A stretch of 64,000 nucleotides of DNA. Source: Eledone cirrhosa (taxonomy: Eukaryota). The notes beneath the pieces were generated by a model. That model had not been told where the DNA came from, ran no database searches, and saw only the letters and a list, made by a program, of their open reading frames with translations. This document shows, one piece after another, positions 15,001-30,000 of this stretch. A program made the translations under genes and the position numbers. The first letter of the stretch is position 1; each line of letters opens with the position of its first letter. Location: assembly GCA_964016885.1 (NCBI GenBank), contig OZ024744.1, forward strand, positions 115,568,001 through 115,632,000, read 5' to 3'.

Positions 15001-18000
15001 GGATGTGTGAAGGGTAGATTGTATGATGTCTATGTTACAAGGTAGTGAGACATGGGTATTGAATGTAGAGGATGTGTGAAGGGTAGATTGTATGATGTCT
15101 ATGTTACATGGTAGTGAGACATGGGTAGTTAATGTAGAGGATGTGTGAAGGGTAGAGTGTATGATGTCTGTGTATGTTACATGGTAGTGGGACATGGGTA
15201 GTTAATGTAGAGGATGTGTGAAGGGTAGATTATATGATATCTGCGTATGTTACATGGTAGTGAGACATGGGTAATTAATGTAGAGGATGTGTGAAGGGTA
15301 GATTGTATGATGTCTGTGTATGTTACATGGTAGTGAGACATGGGTAATTAATGTAGAAGATGTGTGAAGGGTAGATTGTATGATGTCTGTGTATGTTACA
15401 TGGTAGTGATACATGTGTAGTTAATGTAGAGGATGTGTGAAGGGTAGAGTGTATGATGTCTGTGTATGTTACATGGTAGTGTGACATGGGTAGTTAATGT
15501 AGAGGATGTGTGAAGGGTAGATCGTATGATATCTATGTTACATGGTAGTGAGACATGGGTAGTTAATGTAGAGGATGTGTGAATGGTAGATTGTATGATG
15601 TCTGTGTATGTTACATGGTAGTGTGACATGGGTAGTTAATGTAGAGGATGTGTGAAGGGTAGATTGTATGATATCTATGTTACATGGTAGTGAGACATGG
15701 GTAGTTAATGTAGAGGATGTGTGAATGGTAGATTGTATGATGTCTGTGTATGTTACATGGTAGTGAGACATGGGTAATTAATGTAGAGGATGTGTGAAGG
15801 GTAGATTGTATGATGTCTATGTTACATGGTAGTGTGACATGGGTAGTTAATGTAGAGGATGTGTGAAGGGTAGATTGTATGATGTCTGTGTATGTTACAT
15901 GGTAGTGAGACATGGGTAGTTAATGTAGAGGATGTGTGAAGGGTAGATTGTATGATGTCTATGTTACATGGTAGTGAGACATGGGTATTGAATGTAGAGG
16001 ATGTGTGAAGGGTAGATTGTATGATGTCTGTGTATGTTACATGGTAGTGTGACATGGGTAGTTAATGTAGAGGAATGTGTGAAGGGTAGATTGTATGATG
16101 TCTGTGTATGTTACATGGTAGTGAGACATGGGTAGTTAATGTAGAGGATGTGTGAATGGTAGATTGTAAGATGTCTGTGTATGTTGCATGGTAGTGAGAT
16201 ATGGGTAGTTAATGTAGAGGATGTGTGAAGGGTAGATTGTAAGATGTCTGTGTATGTTACATGGTAGTGAGACATGGGTAGTTAATGTAGAGGATGTGTG
16301 AATGGTAGATTGTAAGATGTCTGTGTATGTTACATGGTAGTTAGACATGGGTAGTTAATGTAGAGGATGTGTGAAGGGTAGATTGTAAGATGTCTGTGTA
16401 TGTTACATGGTAGTTAGACATGGGCAGTTAATGTAGAGGATGTGTGAAGGGTAGATTGTATGATGTCTGTGTATGTTACATGGTAGTGGGACATGGGTAG
16501 TTAATGTAGAGGATGTGTGAAGGGTAGATTGTATGATGTCTGTGTATGTTACATGGTAGTGAGCCATGGGTAGCTAATGTAGAGGATGTGTGAAGGGTAG
16601 ATTGTATGATGTCTATGTTACAAGGTAGTGAGACATGGGTATTGAATGTAGAGGATGTGTGAAGGGTAGATTGTATGATGTCTGTGTATGTTACATGGTA
16701 GTGAGACATGGGTAGTTAATGTAGAGGATGTGTGAAGGGTAGAGTGTATGATGTCTGTGTATGTTACATGGTAGTGGGACATGGGTAGTTAATGTAGAGG
16801 ATGTGTGAAGGGTAGATTATATGATATCTGCGTATGTTACATGGTAGTGAGACATGGGTAATTAATGTAGAGGATGTGTGAAGGGTAGATTGTATGATGT
16901 CTGTGTATGTTACATGGTAGTGAGACATGGGTAATTAATGTAGAAGATGTGTGAAGGGTAGATTGTATGATGTCTGTGTATGTTACATGGTAGTGATACA
17001 TGTGTAGTTAATGTAGAGGATGTGTGAAGGGTAGAGTGTATGATGTCTGTGTATGTTACATGGTAGTGTGACATGGGTAGTTAATGTAGAGGATGTGTGA
17101 AGGGTAGATCGTATGATATCTATGTTACATGGTAGTGAGACATGGGTAGTTAATGTAGAGGATGTGTGAATGGTAGATTGTATGATGTCTGTGTATGTTA
17201 CATGGTAGTGTGACATGGGTAGTTAATGTAGAGGATGTGTGAAGGGTAGATTGTATGATATCTATGTTACATGGTAGTGAGACATGGGTAGTTAATGTAG
17301 AGGATGTGTGAATGGTAGATTGTATGATGTCTGTGTATGTTACATGGTAGTGTGACATGGGTAGTTAATGTAGAGGATGTGTGAAGGGTAGATTGTATGA
17401 TATCTATGTTACATGGTAGTGAGACATGGGTAGTTAATGTAGAGGATGTGTGAATGGTAGATTGTATGATGTCTGTGTATGTTACATGGTAGTGAGACAT
17501 GGGTAATTAATGTAGAGGATGTGTGAAGGGTAGATTGTATGATGTCTATGTTACATGGTAGTGTGACATGGGTAGTTAATGTAGAGGATGTGTGAAGGGT
17601 AGATTGTATGATGTCTGTGTATGTTACATGGTAGTGAGACATGGGTAGTTAATGTAGAGGATGTGTGAAGGGTAGATTGTATGATGTCTATGTTACATGG
17701 TAGTGAGACATGGGTATTGAATGTAGAGGATGTGTGAAGGGTAGATTGTATGATGTCTGTGTATGTTACATGGTAGTGTGACATGGGTAGTTAATGTAGA
17801 GGAATGTGTGAAGGGTAGATTGTATGATGTCTGTGTATGTTACATGGTAGTGAGACATGGGTAGTTAATGTAGAGGATGTGTGAATGGTAGATTGTAAGA
17901 TGTCTGTGTATGTTGCATGGTAGTGAGATATGGGTAGTTAATGTAGAGGATGTGTGAAGGGTAGATTGTAAGATGTCTGTGTATGTTACATGGTAGTGAG

Positions 18001-21000
18001 ACATGGGTAGTTAATGTAGAGGATGTGTGAATGGTAGATTGTAAGATGTCTGTGTATGTTACATGGTAGTTAGACATGGGTAGTTAATGTAGAGGATGTG
18101 TGAAGGGTAGATTGTAAGATGTCTGTGTATGTTACATGGTAGTTAGACATGGGCAGTTAATGTAGAGGATGTGTGAAGGGTAGATTGTATGATGTCTGTG
18201 TATGTTACATGGTAGTGGGACATGGGTAGTTAATGTAGAGGATGTGTGAAGGGTAGATTGTATGATGTCTGTGTATGTTACATGGTAGTGAGCCATGGGT
18301 AGCTAATGTAGAGGATGTGTGAAGGGTAGATTGTATGATGTCTATGTTACATGGTAGTGAGACATGGGTAGTTAATGTAGAGGATGTGTGAAGGGTAGAT
18401 TGTATGATATCTATGTTACATGGTAGTGTAACATGGGTAGTTAATGTAGAGGATGTGTGAATGGTATATTGTATGATGTCTATGTTATATGGTAGTGAGA
18501 CATGGGTAGTTAATGTAGAGGATGTGTGAAGGGTAGATTGTATGATGTCTGTGATACATGGTAGTGAGACATGGGTATTGAATGTAGAGGATGTGTGAAG
18601 GGTAGATTGTATGATGTCTGTGTATGTTACATGGTAGTGAAACATGGGTAGTTAATGTAGAGGATGTGTGAAGAGAAGATTGTATGATGTCTGTGTATGT
18701 TACATGGTAGTGAGACATGGGTAGTTAATGTAGAGGATGTGTGAAGGCTAGATTGTATGATGTCTGTGTTACATGGTAGTGAGACAAGGGTAGTTAATGT
18801 AGAGGATGTGTGAAGGGTAGATTGTATGATGTCTGTGTATGTTACATGGTAGTGAGACATGGGTATTGAATGTAGAGGATGTGTGAAGGGTAGATTGTAT
18901 GATGTCTGTGTATGTTACATGGTAGTGAGACATGGGTATTGAATGTAGAGGATGTGTGAAGGGTAGATTGTATGATGTCTGTGTATGTTACATGGTAGTT
19001 AGACATGGGTAGTTAATGTAGAGGATGTGTGAAGGGTAGATTGTAAGATGTCTGTGTATGTTACATGGTAGTGAGACATAGGTAGTTAATGTAGAGGATG
19101 TGTGAAGGGTAGATTGTATGATGTCTATGTTACATGGTAGTGAGACATGGGTATTGAATGTAGAGGATGTGTGAAGGGTAGATTGTATGATGTCTGAGTT
19201 ACATGGTAGTGAGACATGGTTAGTTAATGTAGAGGATGTGTGAAGGGTAGAGTGTATGATGTATGTGTATGTTACATGGTAGTGGGACATGGGTAGTTAA
19301 TGTAGAGGATGTGTGAAGGGTAGATTGTATGATATCTGCGTATGTTACATGGTAGTGAGACATGGGTAGTAAATGTAGAGGATGTGTGAATGGTAGATTG
19401 TAAGATGTCTGTGTATGTTACATGGTAGTGAGACATGGGTAGTTAATGTAGAGAATGTGTGAAGGGTAGATTGTATGATATCTGTGTATGTTACATGGTA
19501 GTGAGACATGGGTAGTTAATATAGAGGATGTGTGAATGGTAGATTGTAAGATGTCTGTGTATGTTGCATGGTAGTGAGATATGGGTAGTTAATGTAGAGG
19601 ATGTGTGAAGGGTAGATTGTAAGATGTCTGTGTATGTTACATGGTAGTGGGACATGGGTAGTTAATGTAGAGGATGTGTGAATGGTAGATTGTAAGATGT
19701 CTGTGTATGTTACATGGTAGTTAGACATGGGTAGTTAATGTAGAGGATGTGTGAAGGGTAGATTGTAAGATGTCTGTGTATGTTACATGGTAATGAGACA
19801 TGGGTAGTTAATGTAGAGGATGTGTGAATGGTAGATTGTACGATGTCTGTGTATGTTACATGGTAGTTAGACATGGGCAGTTAATGTAGAGGATGTGTGA
19901 AGGGTAGATTGTATGATGTCTGTGTATGTTAGATGGTAGTGAGCCATGGGTAGTTAATGTAGAGGATGTGTGAAGGGTAGATTGTATGATGTCTATGTTA
20001 CATGGTAGTGAGACATAGGTAGTTAATGTAGAGGATGTGTGAAGGGTAGATTGTATGATGTCTGTGTATGTTACATGGTAGTGAGACATGGGTAGTTAAT
20101 GTAGAGGATGTGTGAAGGGTAGATTGTATGATGTCTGTGTATGTTACATGGTAGTTAGACATGGGTAGTTAATGTAGAGGATGTGTGAAGGGTAGATTGT
20201 ATGATGTCTGTGTATGTTACATGGTAGTGGGACATGGGTAGTTAATGTAGAGGATGTGTGAAGGGTAGATTGTATGATGTCTGTGTATGTTACATGGTAG
20301 TGAGCCATGGGTAGCTAATGTAGAGGATGTGTGAAGGGTAGATTGTATGATGTCTATGTTACAAGGTAGTGAGACATGGGTATTGAATGTAGAGGATGTG
20401 TGAAGGGTAGATTGTATGATGTCTGTGTATGTTACATGGTAGTGAGACATGGGTAGTTAATGTAGAGGATGTGTGAAGGGTAGAGTGTATGATGTCTGTG
20501 TATGTTACATGGTAGTGGGACATGGGTAGTTAATGTAGAGGATGTGTGAAGGGTAGATTATATGATATCTGCGTATGTTACATGGTAGTGAGACATGGGT
20601 AATTAATGTAGAGGATGTGTGAAGGGTAGATTGTATGATGTCTGTGTATGTTACATGGTAGTGAGACATGGGTAATTAATGTAGAAGATGTGTGAAGGGT
20701 AGATTGTATGATGTCTGTGTATGTTACATGGTAGTGATACATGTGTAGTTAATGTAGAGGATGTGTGAAGGGTAGAGTGTATGATGTCTGTGTATGTTAC
20801 ATGGTAGTGTGACATGGGTAGTTAATGTAGAGGATGTGTGAAGGGTAGATCGTATGATATCTATGTTACATGGTAGTGAGACATGGGTAGTTAATGTAGA
20901 GGATGTGTGAATGGTAGATTGTATGATGTCTGTGTATGTTACATGGTAGTGTGACATGGGTAGTTAATGTAGAGGATGTGTGAAGGGTAGATTGTATGAT

Positions 21001-24000
21001 ATCTATGTTACATGGTAGTGAGACATGGGTAGTTAATGTAGAGGATGTGTGAATGGTAGATTGTATGATGTCTGTGTATGTTACATGGTAGTGAGACATG
21101 GGTAATTAATGTAGAGGATGTGTGAAGGGTAGATTGTATGATGTCTATGTTACATGGTAGTGTGACATGGGTAGTTAATGTAGAGGATGTGTGAAGGGTA
21201 GATTGTATGATGTCTGTGTATGTTACATGGTAGTGAGACATGGGTAGTTAATGTAGAGGATGTGTGAAGGGTAGATTGTATGATGTCTATGTTACATGGT
21301 AGTGAGACATGGGTATTGAATGTAGAGGATGTGTGAAGGGTAGATTGTATGATGTCTGTGTATGTTACATGGTAGTGTGACATGGGTAGTTAATGTAGAG
21401 GAATGTGTGAAGGGTAGATTGTATGATGTCTGTGTATGTTACATGGTAGTGAGACATGGGTAGTTAATGTAGAGGATGTGTGAATGGTAGATTGTAAGAT
21501 GTCTGTGTATGTTGCATGGTAGTGAGATATGGGTAGTTAATGTAGAGGATGTGTGAAGGGTAGATTGTAAGATGTCTGTGTATGTTACATGGTAGTGAGA
21601 CATGGGTAGTTAATGTAGAGGATGTGTGAATGGTAGATTGTAAGATGTCTGTGTATGTTACATGGTAGTTAGACATGGGTAGTTAATGTAGAGGATGTGT
21701 GAAGGGTAGATTGTAAGATGTCTGTGTATGTTACATGGTAGTTAGACATGGGCAGTTAATGTAGAGGATGTGTGAAGGGTAGATTGTATGATGTCTGTGT
21801 ATGTTACATGGTAGTGGGACATGGGTAGTTAATGTAGAGGATGTGTGAAGGGTAGATTGTATGATGTCTGTGTATGTTACATGGTAGTGAGCCATGGGTA
21901 GCTAATGTAGAGGATGTGTGAAGGGTAGATTGTATGATGTCTATGTTACATGGTAGTGAGACATGGGTAGTTAATGTAGAGGATGTGTGAAGGGTAGATT
22001 GTATGATGTCTGTGTATGTTACATGGTAGTGATACATGGGTAGTTAATGTAGAGGATATGTGAAGGGTAGATTGTATGATGTCTATGTTACATGGTAGTG
22101 TAACATGGGTAGTTAATGTAGAGGATGTGTGAATGGTATATTGTATGATGTCTATGTTATATGGTAGTGAGACATGGGTAGTTAATGTAGAGGATGTGTG
22201 AAGGGTAGATTGTATGATGTCTGTGATACATGGTAGTGAGACATGGGTATTGAATGTAGAGGATGTGTGAAGGGTAGATTGTATGATGTCTGTGTATGTT
22301 ACATGGTAGTGAAACATGGGTAGTTAATGTAGAGGATGTGTGAAGAGAAGATTGTATGATGTCTGTGTATGTTACATGGTAGTGAGACATGGGTAGTTAA
22401 TGTAGAGGATGTGTGAAGGCTAGATTGTATGATGTCTGTGTTACATGGTAGTGAGACATGGGGAGTTAATGTAGAGGATGTGTGAAGGGTAGATTGTATG
22501 ATGTCTGTGTATGTTACATGGTAGTGAGACATGGTTATTGAATGTAGAGGATGTGTGAAGGGTAGATTGTATGATGTCTGTGTATGTTACATGGTAGTGA
22601 GACATGGATATTGAATGTAAAGGATGTGTGAGGGGTAGATTGTATGATGTCTATGTTACATGGTAGTGGGACATGGGTAGTAAATGTAGAGGATGTGTGA
22701 ATGGTAGATTGTATGATGTCTGTGTATGTTACATGGTAGTGAGACATGGGTAGGTAATGTAGAGGATGTGTGAAGGGTAGATTGTATGATGTCTATGTTA
22801 CATGGTAGTGAGAGATGGGTAGTAAATGTAGAGGATGTGTGAAGGGTAGATTGTATGATGTCTGTGTATGTTACATGGTAGTGAGACATGGGTAGGTAAT
22901 GTAGAGGATGTGTGAAGGGTAGATTGTATGATGTCTGTGTATGTTACATGGTAGTGAGACATGGGTAGTTAATGTAGAGGATGTGTGAAGGGTAGATCGT
23001 ATGATGTCTGTGTATGTTACATGGTAGTGAGACATGGGTAGGTAATGTAGAGGATGTGTGAAGGGTAGATCGTATGATGTCTATGTTACATGGTAGTGAG
23101 AGATGGGTAGTAAATGTAGAGGATGTGTGAAGGGTAGATTGTATGATGTCTGTGTATGTTACATGGTAGTGAGACATGGGTAGGTAATGTAGAGGATGTG
23201 TGAAGGGTAGATTGTATGATGTCTGTGTATGTTACATGGTAGTGAGACATGGGTAGTTAATGTAGAGGATGTGTGAAGGGTAGATCGTATGATGTCTGTG
23301 TATGTTACATGGTAGTGAGACATGGGTAGGTAATGTAGAGGATGTGTGAAGGGTAGATCGTATGATGTCTATGTTACATGGTAGTGAGAGATGGGTAGTA
23401 AATGTAGAGGATGTGTGAATGGTAGATTGTATGATGTCTGTGTATGTTACATGGTAGTGAGACATGGGTAGGTAATGTAGAGGATGTGTGAAGGGTAGAT
23501 CGTATGATGTCTATGTTACATGGTAGTGAGAGATGGGTAGTAAATGTTGAGGATGTGTGAAGGGTAGATTGTATGATGTCTGTGTATGTTACATGGTAGT
23601 GAGACATGGGTAGGTAATGTAGAGGATGTGTGAAGGGTAGATTGTATGATGTCTGTGTATGTTACATGGTAGTGAGACATGGGTAGTTAATGTAGAGGAT
23701 GTGTGAAGGGTAGATCGTATGATGTCTGTGTATGTTACATGGTAGTGAGACATGGGTAGGTAATGTAGAGGATGTGTGAAGGGTAGATCGTATGATGTCT
23801 ATGTTACATGGTAGTGAGAGATGGGTAGTAAATGTAGAGGATGTGTGAAGGGTAGATTGTATGATGTCTGTGTATGTTACATGGTAGTGAGACATGGGTA
23901 GGTAATGTAGAGGATGTGTGAAGGGTAGATTGTATGATGTCTGTGTATGTTACATGGTAGTGAGACATGGGTAGGTAATGTAAAGGTTGTGTGAAGGGTA

Positions 24001-27000
24001 GATCGTATGATGTCTGTGTATGTTACATGGTAGTGAGACATGGGTAGGTAATGTAGAGGATGTGTGAAGGGTAGATTGTATGATGTCTATGTTACATGGT
24101 AGTGAGACATGGGTGGTTAATGTAGAGGATGTGTGAAGGGTAGATTGTATGATGTCTGTGTATGTTACATGGTAGTGAGACATGGGTAGGTAATGTAGAG
24201 GATGTGTGAAGGGTAGATTGTATGATGTCTGTGTATGTTACATGGTAGTGAGACATGGGTAGTTAATGTAGAGGATGTGTGAAGGGTAGATCGTATGATG
24301 TCTATGTTACATGGTAGTGAGAGATGGGTAGTAAATGTAGAGGATGTGTGAAGGGTAGATTGTATGATGTCTATGTTACATGGTAGTGAGACATGGGTAG
24401 TAAATATAGAGGATGTGTGAATGGTAGATTGTATGATGTATGTGTTACATGGTAGTGAGACATGGTTATTGAATGTAGAGGATGTGTGAATGGTAGATTG
24501 TATGATGTATGTGTTACATGGTAGTGAGACATGGTTATTGAATGTAGAGGATGTGTGAAGGGTAGATTGTATGATGTGTGTATGTTACATGGTAGTGTGA
24601 CATGGGTAGTTAATGTAGAGGATGTGTGAAGGGTAGATTGTATGATGTCTGTGTATGTTACATGGTAGTGTGACATGGGTAGTTAATGTAGAGGAAGTGT
24701 GAAGGGTAGATTGTATGATGTCTGTGTATGTTACATGGTAGTGAGACATGGGTAGTTAATGTAGAGGATGTGTGAAGGGTAGATTGTATGATGTCTATGT
24801 TACATGGTAGTGAGACATGGGTATTGAATGTAGAGGATGTGTGAAGGGTAGATTGTATGATGTCTGTGTATGTTACATGGTAGTGTGACATGGGTAGTTA
24901 TTGTAGAGGATGTGTGAAGGGTAGATTGTATGATGTCTGTGTTACATGGTAGTGAGACATGGGTAGTTAATGTAGAGGATGTGTGAAGGGTAGAGTGTAT
25001 GATGTATGTGTTACATGGTAGTGGGACATGGTTAGTTAATGTAGAGGATGTGTGAAGGGTAGATTGTATGATGTCTGTGTATGTTACATGGTAGTGAGAC
25101 ATGGGTAGTTAGTGTAGAGGATGTGTGAAGGGTAGATTGTATGATGTCTATGTCACATGGTAGTGAGACATAGGTAGTCAATGTAGAGGAGGTGTGAAGG
25201 GTAGATTGTATGATGTCTGTGTATGTTACATGGTAGTGAGACATGGGTAGTTAATGTAGAGGATGTGTGAAGGGTAGATTGTATGATGTCTGTGTATGTT
25301 ACATGGTAGTTAGACATGGGTAGTTAATGTAGAGGATGTGTGAAGGGTAGATTGTAAGATGTCTGTGTATGTTACATGGTAGTGAGACATGGGTAGTTAA
25401 TGTAGAGGATGTGTGAATGGTAGATTGTAAGATGTCTGTGTATGTTACATGGTAGTGAGACATGGGTAGTTAATGTAGAGGATGTGTGAAGGGTTGATTG
25501 TATGATATCTGTGTATGTTACATGGTAGTGAGACATGGGTAGTTAATGTAGAGGATGTGTGAATGGTAGATTGTAAGATGTCTGTGTATGTTACATGGTA
25601 GTGAGCTATGGGTAGTTAATGTAGAGGATGTGTGAAGGGTAGATTGTAAGATGTCTGTGTATGTTACATGGTAGTGAGACATGGGTAGTTAATGTAGAGG
25701 ATGTGTGAATGGTAGATTGTAAGATGTCTGTGTATGTTACATGGTAGTTAGACATGGGTAGTTAATGTAGAGGATGTGTCAAGGGTAGATTGTAAGATGT
25801 CTGTGTATGTTACATGGTAGTTAGACCTGGGCAGTTAATGTAGAGGATGTGTGAAGGGTAGATTGTAAGATGTCTGTGTATGTTACATGGTAGTGAGACA
25901 TGGGTAGTTAATGTAGAGGATGTGTGAAGGGTAGATTGTATGATGTCTATGTTACATGGTAGAGAGACATGGGTAGTTAATGTAGAGGATGTGTGAAGGG
26001 TAGATTGTATGATGTCTGTGTATGTTACATGGTAGTGAGACATGGGTAGTTAATGTAGAGGATGTGTGAAGGGTAGATTGTATGATGTCTGTGTATGTTA
26101 CATGGTAGTGGGACATGGGTAGTTAATGTAGAGGATGTGTGAGGGGTAGATTGTATGATGTCTGTGTATGTTACATGGTAGTGAGCCATGGGTAGTTAAT
26201 GTAGAGGATGTGTGAAGGGTAGATTGTATGATGTCTGTGTTACATGGTAGTGAGACATGGGTAGTTAATGTAGAGGATGTGTGAAGGGTAGAGTGTATGA
26301 TGTATATGTATGTTACATGGTAGTGGGCCATGGGTAGGTAATGTAGAGGATGTGTGAAGGGTAGATTGTATGATGTCTATGTTACATGGTAGTGATACAT
26401 GGGTATTGAATGTAGAGGATGTGTGAAAGGTAGATTGTATGATGTCTGTGTTACATGGTAGTGAGACATGGGTAGTTAAGTAGAGGATGTGTGAAGGGTA
26501 GAGTGTATGATGTCTGTGTTACATGGTAGGGAGAAATGGGTAGTTAATGTAGAGGATGTGTGAAGGGTAGATTGTATGATGTCTGTGTATGTTACATGGT
26601 AGAGAGACATGGGTAGTTAATGTAGAGGATGTGTGAAGGGTAGATTGTATGATGTCTGTGTATGTTACATGGTAGAGAGACATGGGTAGTTAATGTAGAG
26701 GATGTGTGAAGGGTAGAGTGTATGATGTCTGTGTATGTTACATGGTAGTGGGACATGTGTAGTTAATGTAGAGGATGTGTGAAGGGTAGATTGTATGATG
26801 TCTGTGTATGTTACATGGTAGTGTGACATGGGTAGTTAATGTAGAGGATGTGTGAAGGGTAGATTATATGATGTCTGTGTATGTTACATGGTAGTGTGAC
26901 ATGGGTAGTTAATGTAGAGGATGTGTGAAGGGTAGATTATATGATATCTGCGTATGTTACATGGTAGTGAGACATGGGTAGTTAATGTAGAGGATGTGTG

Positions 27001-30000
27001 AAGGGTAGATTATATGATGTCTGTGTATGTTACATGGTAGTGTGACATGGGTAGTTAATGTAGAGGATGTGTGAAGGGTAGATTATATGATATCTGCGTA
27101 TGTTACATGGTAGTGAGACATGGGTAGTTAATGTAGAGGATGTGTGAAGGGTAGATTGTATGATGTATGTGTTACATGGTAGTGAGACATGGGTAGTTAA
27201 TGTAGAGGATGTGTGAATGGTAGATTGTATGATGTCTATGTTACATGGTAGTGATACATGGGTATTGAATGTAGAGGATGTGTGAAAGGTAGATTGTATT
27301 ATGTCTGTGTATGTTACATGGTAGTGAGACATGGGTAATTAATGTAGAGGATGTGTGAAGGGTAGATTGTATGATGTCTGTGTTACATGGTAGTGAGACA
27401 AGGGTAGTTAATGTAGAGGATGTGTGAAGGGTAGATTGTATGATGTCTGTGTATGTTACATGGTAGTGAGACATGGGTAGTTAACGTAGAGGATGTGTGA
27501 AGGGTAGATTGTATGATGTCTGTGTATGTTACATGGTAGTGGGACATGGGTAGTTAATGTAGAGGATGTGTGAGGGGTAGATTGTATGATGTCTGTGTAT
27601 GTTACATGGTAGTGAGCCATGGGTAGTTAATGTAGAGGATGTGTGAAGGGTAGATTGTATGATGTCTGTGTTACATGGTAGTGAGACATGGGTAGTTAAT
27701 GTAGAGGATGTGTGAAGGGTAGAGTGTATGATGTATATGTATGTTACATGGTAGTGGGCCATGGGTAGGTAATGTAGAGGATGTGTGAAGGGTAGATTGT
27801 ATGATGTTTATGTTACATGGTAGTGATACATGGGTATTGAATGTAGAGGATGTGTGAAAGGTAGATTGTATGATGTCTGTGTTACATGGTAGTGAGACAT
27901 GGGTAGTTAATGTAGAGGATGTGTGAAGGGTAGAGTGTATGATGTCTGTGTTACATGGTAGGGAGAAATGGGTAGTTAATGTAGAGGATGTGTGAAGGGT
28001 AGATTGTATGATGTCTGTGTATGTTACATGGTAGAGAGACATGGGTAGTTAATGTAGAGGATGTGTGAAGGGTAGATTGTATGATGTCTGTGTATGTTAC
28101 ATGGTAGAGAGACATGGGTAGTTAATGTAGAGGATGTGTGAAGGGTAGATTGTATGATGTCTGTGTATGTTACATGGTAGTGAGACATGGGTAGTTAATG
28201 TAGAGGATGTGTGAATGGTAGATTGCAAGATGTCTGTGTATGTTACATGGTAGTTAGACATGGGTAGTTAATGTAGAGGATGTGTGAAGGGTAGATTGTA
28301 AGATGTCTGTGTATGTTACATGGTAGTTAGACATGGGCAGTTAATGTAGAGGATGTGTGAAGGGTAGATTGTAAGATGTCTGTGTATGTTACATGGTAGT
28401 GAGACATGGGTAGTTAATGTAGAGGATGTGTGAATGGTAGATTGTAAGATGTCTGTGTATGTTACATGGTAGTGAGACATGGGTAGTTAATGTAGAGGAT
28501 GTGTGAAGGGTAGATTGTATGATGTCTATGTTACATGGTAGAGAGACATGGGTAGTTAATGTAGAGGATGTGTGAAGGGTAGATTGTATGATGTCTGTGT
28601 ATGTTACATGGTAGTGAGACATGGGTAGTTAATGTAGAGGATGTGTGAAGGGTAGATTGTATGATGTCTGTGTATGTTACATGGTAGTGGGACATGGGTA
28701 GTTAATGTAGAGGATGTGTGAGGGGTAGATTGTATGATGTCTGTGTATGTTACATGGTAGTGAGCCATGGGTAGTTAATGTAGAGGATGTGTGAAGGGTA
28801 GATTGTATGATGTCTGTGTTACATGGTAGTGAGACATGGGTAGTTAATGTAGAGGATGTGTGAAGGGTAGAGTGTATGATGTATATGTATGTTACATGGT
28901 AGTGGGCCATGGGTAGGTAATGTAGAGGATGTGTGAAGGGTAGATTGTATGATGTCTATGTTACATGGTAGTGATACATGGGTATTGAATGTAGAGGATG
29001 TGTGAAAGGTAGATTGTATGATGTCTGTGTTACATGGTAGTGAGACATGGGTAGTTAAGTAGAGGATGTGTGAAGGGTAGAGTGTATGATGTCTGTGTTA
29101 CATGGTAGGGAGAAATGGGTAGTTAATGTAGAGGATGTGTGAAGGGTAGATTGTATGATGTCTGTGTATGTTACATGGTAGAGAGACATGGGTAGTTAAT
29201 GTAGAGGATGTGTGAAGGGTAGATTGTATGATGTCTGTGTATGTTACATGGTAGAGAGACATGGGTAGTTAATGTAGAGGATGTGTGAAGGGTAGAGTGT
29301 ATGATGTCTGTGTATGTTACATGGTAGTGGGACATGTGTAGTTAATGTAGAGGATGTGTGAAGGGTAGATTGTATGATGTCTGTGTATGTTACATGGTAG
29401 TGTGACATGGGTAGTTAATGTAGAGGATGTGTGAAGGGTAGATTATATGATGTCTGTGTATGTTACATGGTAGTGTGACATGGGTAGTTAATGTAGAGGA
29501 TGTGTGAAGGGTAGATTATATGATATCTGCGTATGTTACATGGTAGTGAGACATGGGTAGTTAATGTAGAGGATGTGTGAAGGGTAGATTATATGATGTC
29601 TGTGTATGTTACATGGTAGTGTGACATGGGTAGTTAATGTAGAGGATGTGTGAAGGGTAGATTATATGATATCTGCGTATGTTACATGGTAGTGAGACAT
29701 GGGTAGTTAATGTAGAGGATGTGTGAAGGGTAGATTGTATGATGTATGTGTTACATGGTAGTGAGACATGGGTAATTAATGTAGAGGATGTGTGAATGGT
29801 AGATTGTATGATGTCTATGTTACATGGTAGTGAGACATGGGTAGTTAATGTAGAGGATGTGTGAAGGGTAGATTGTATTATGTCTGTGTATGTTACATGG
29901 TAGTGAGACATGGGTAATTAATGTAGAGGATGTGTGAAGGGTAGATTGTATGATGTCTGTGTTACATGGTAGTGAGACAAGGGTAGTTAATGTAGAGGAT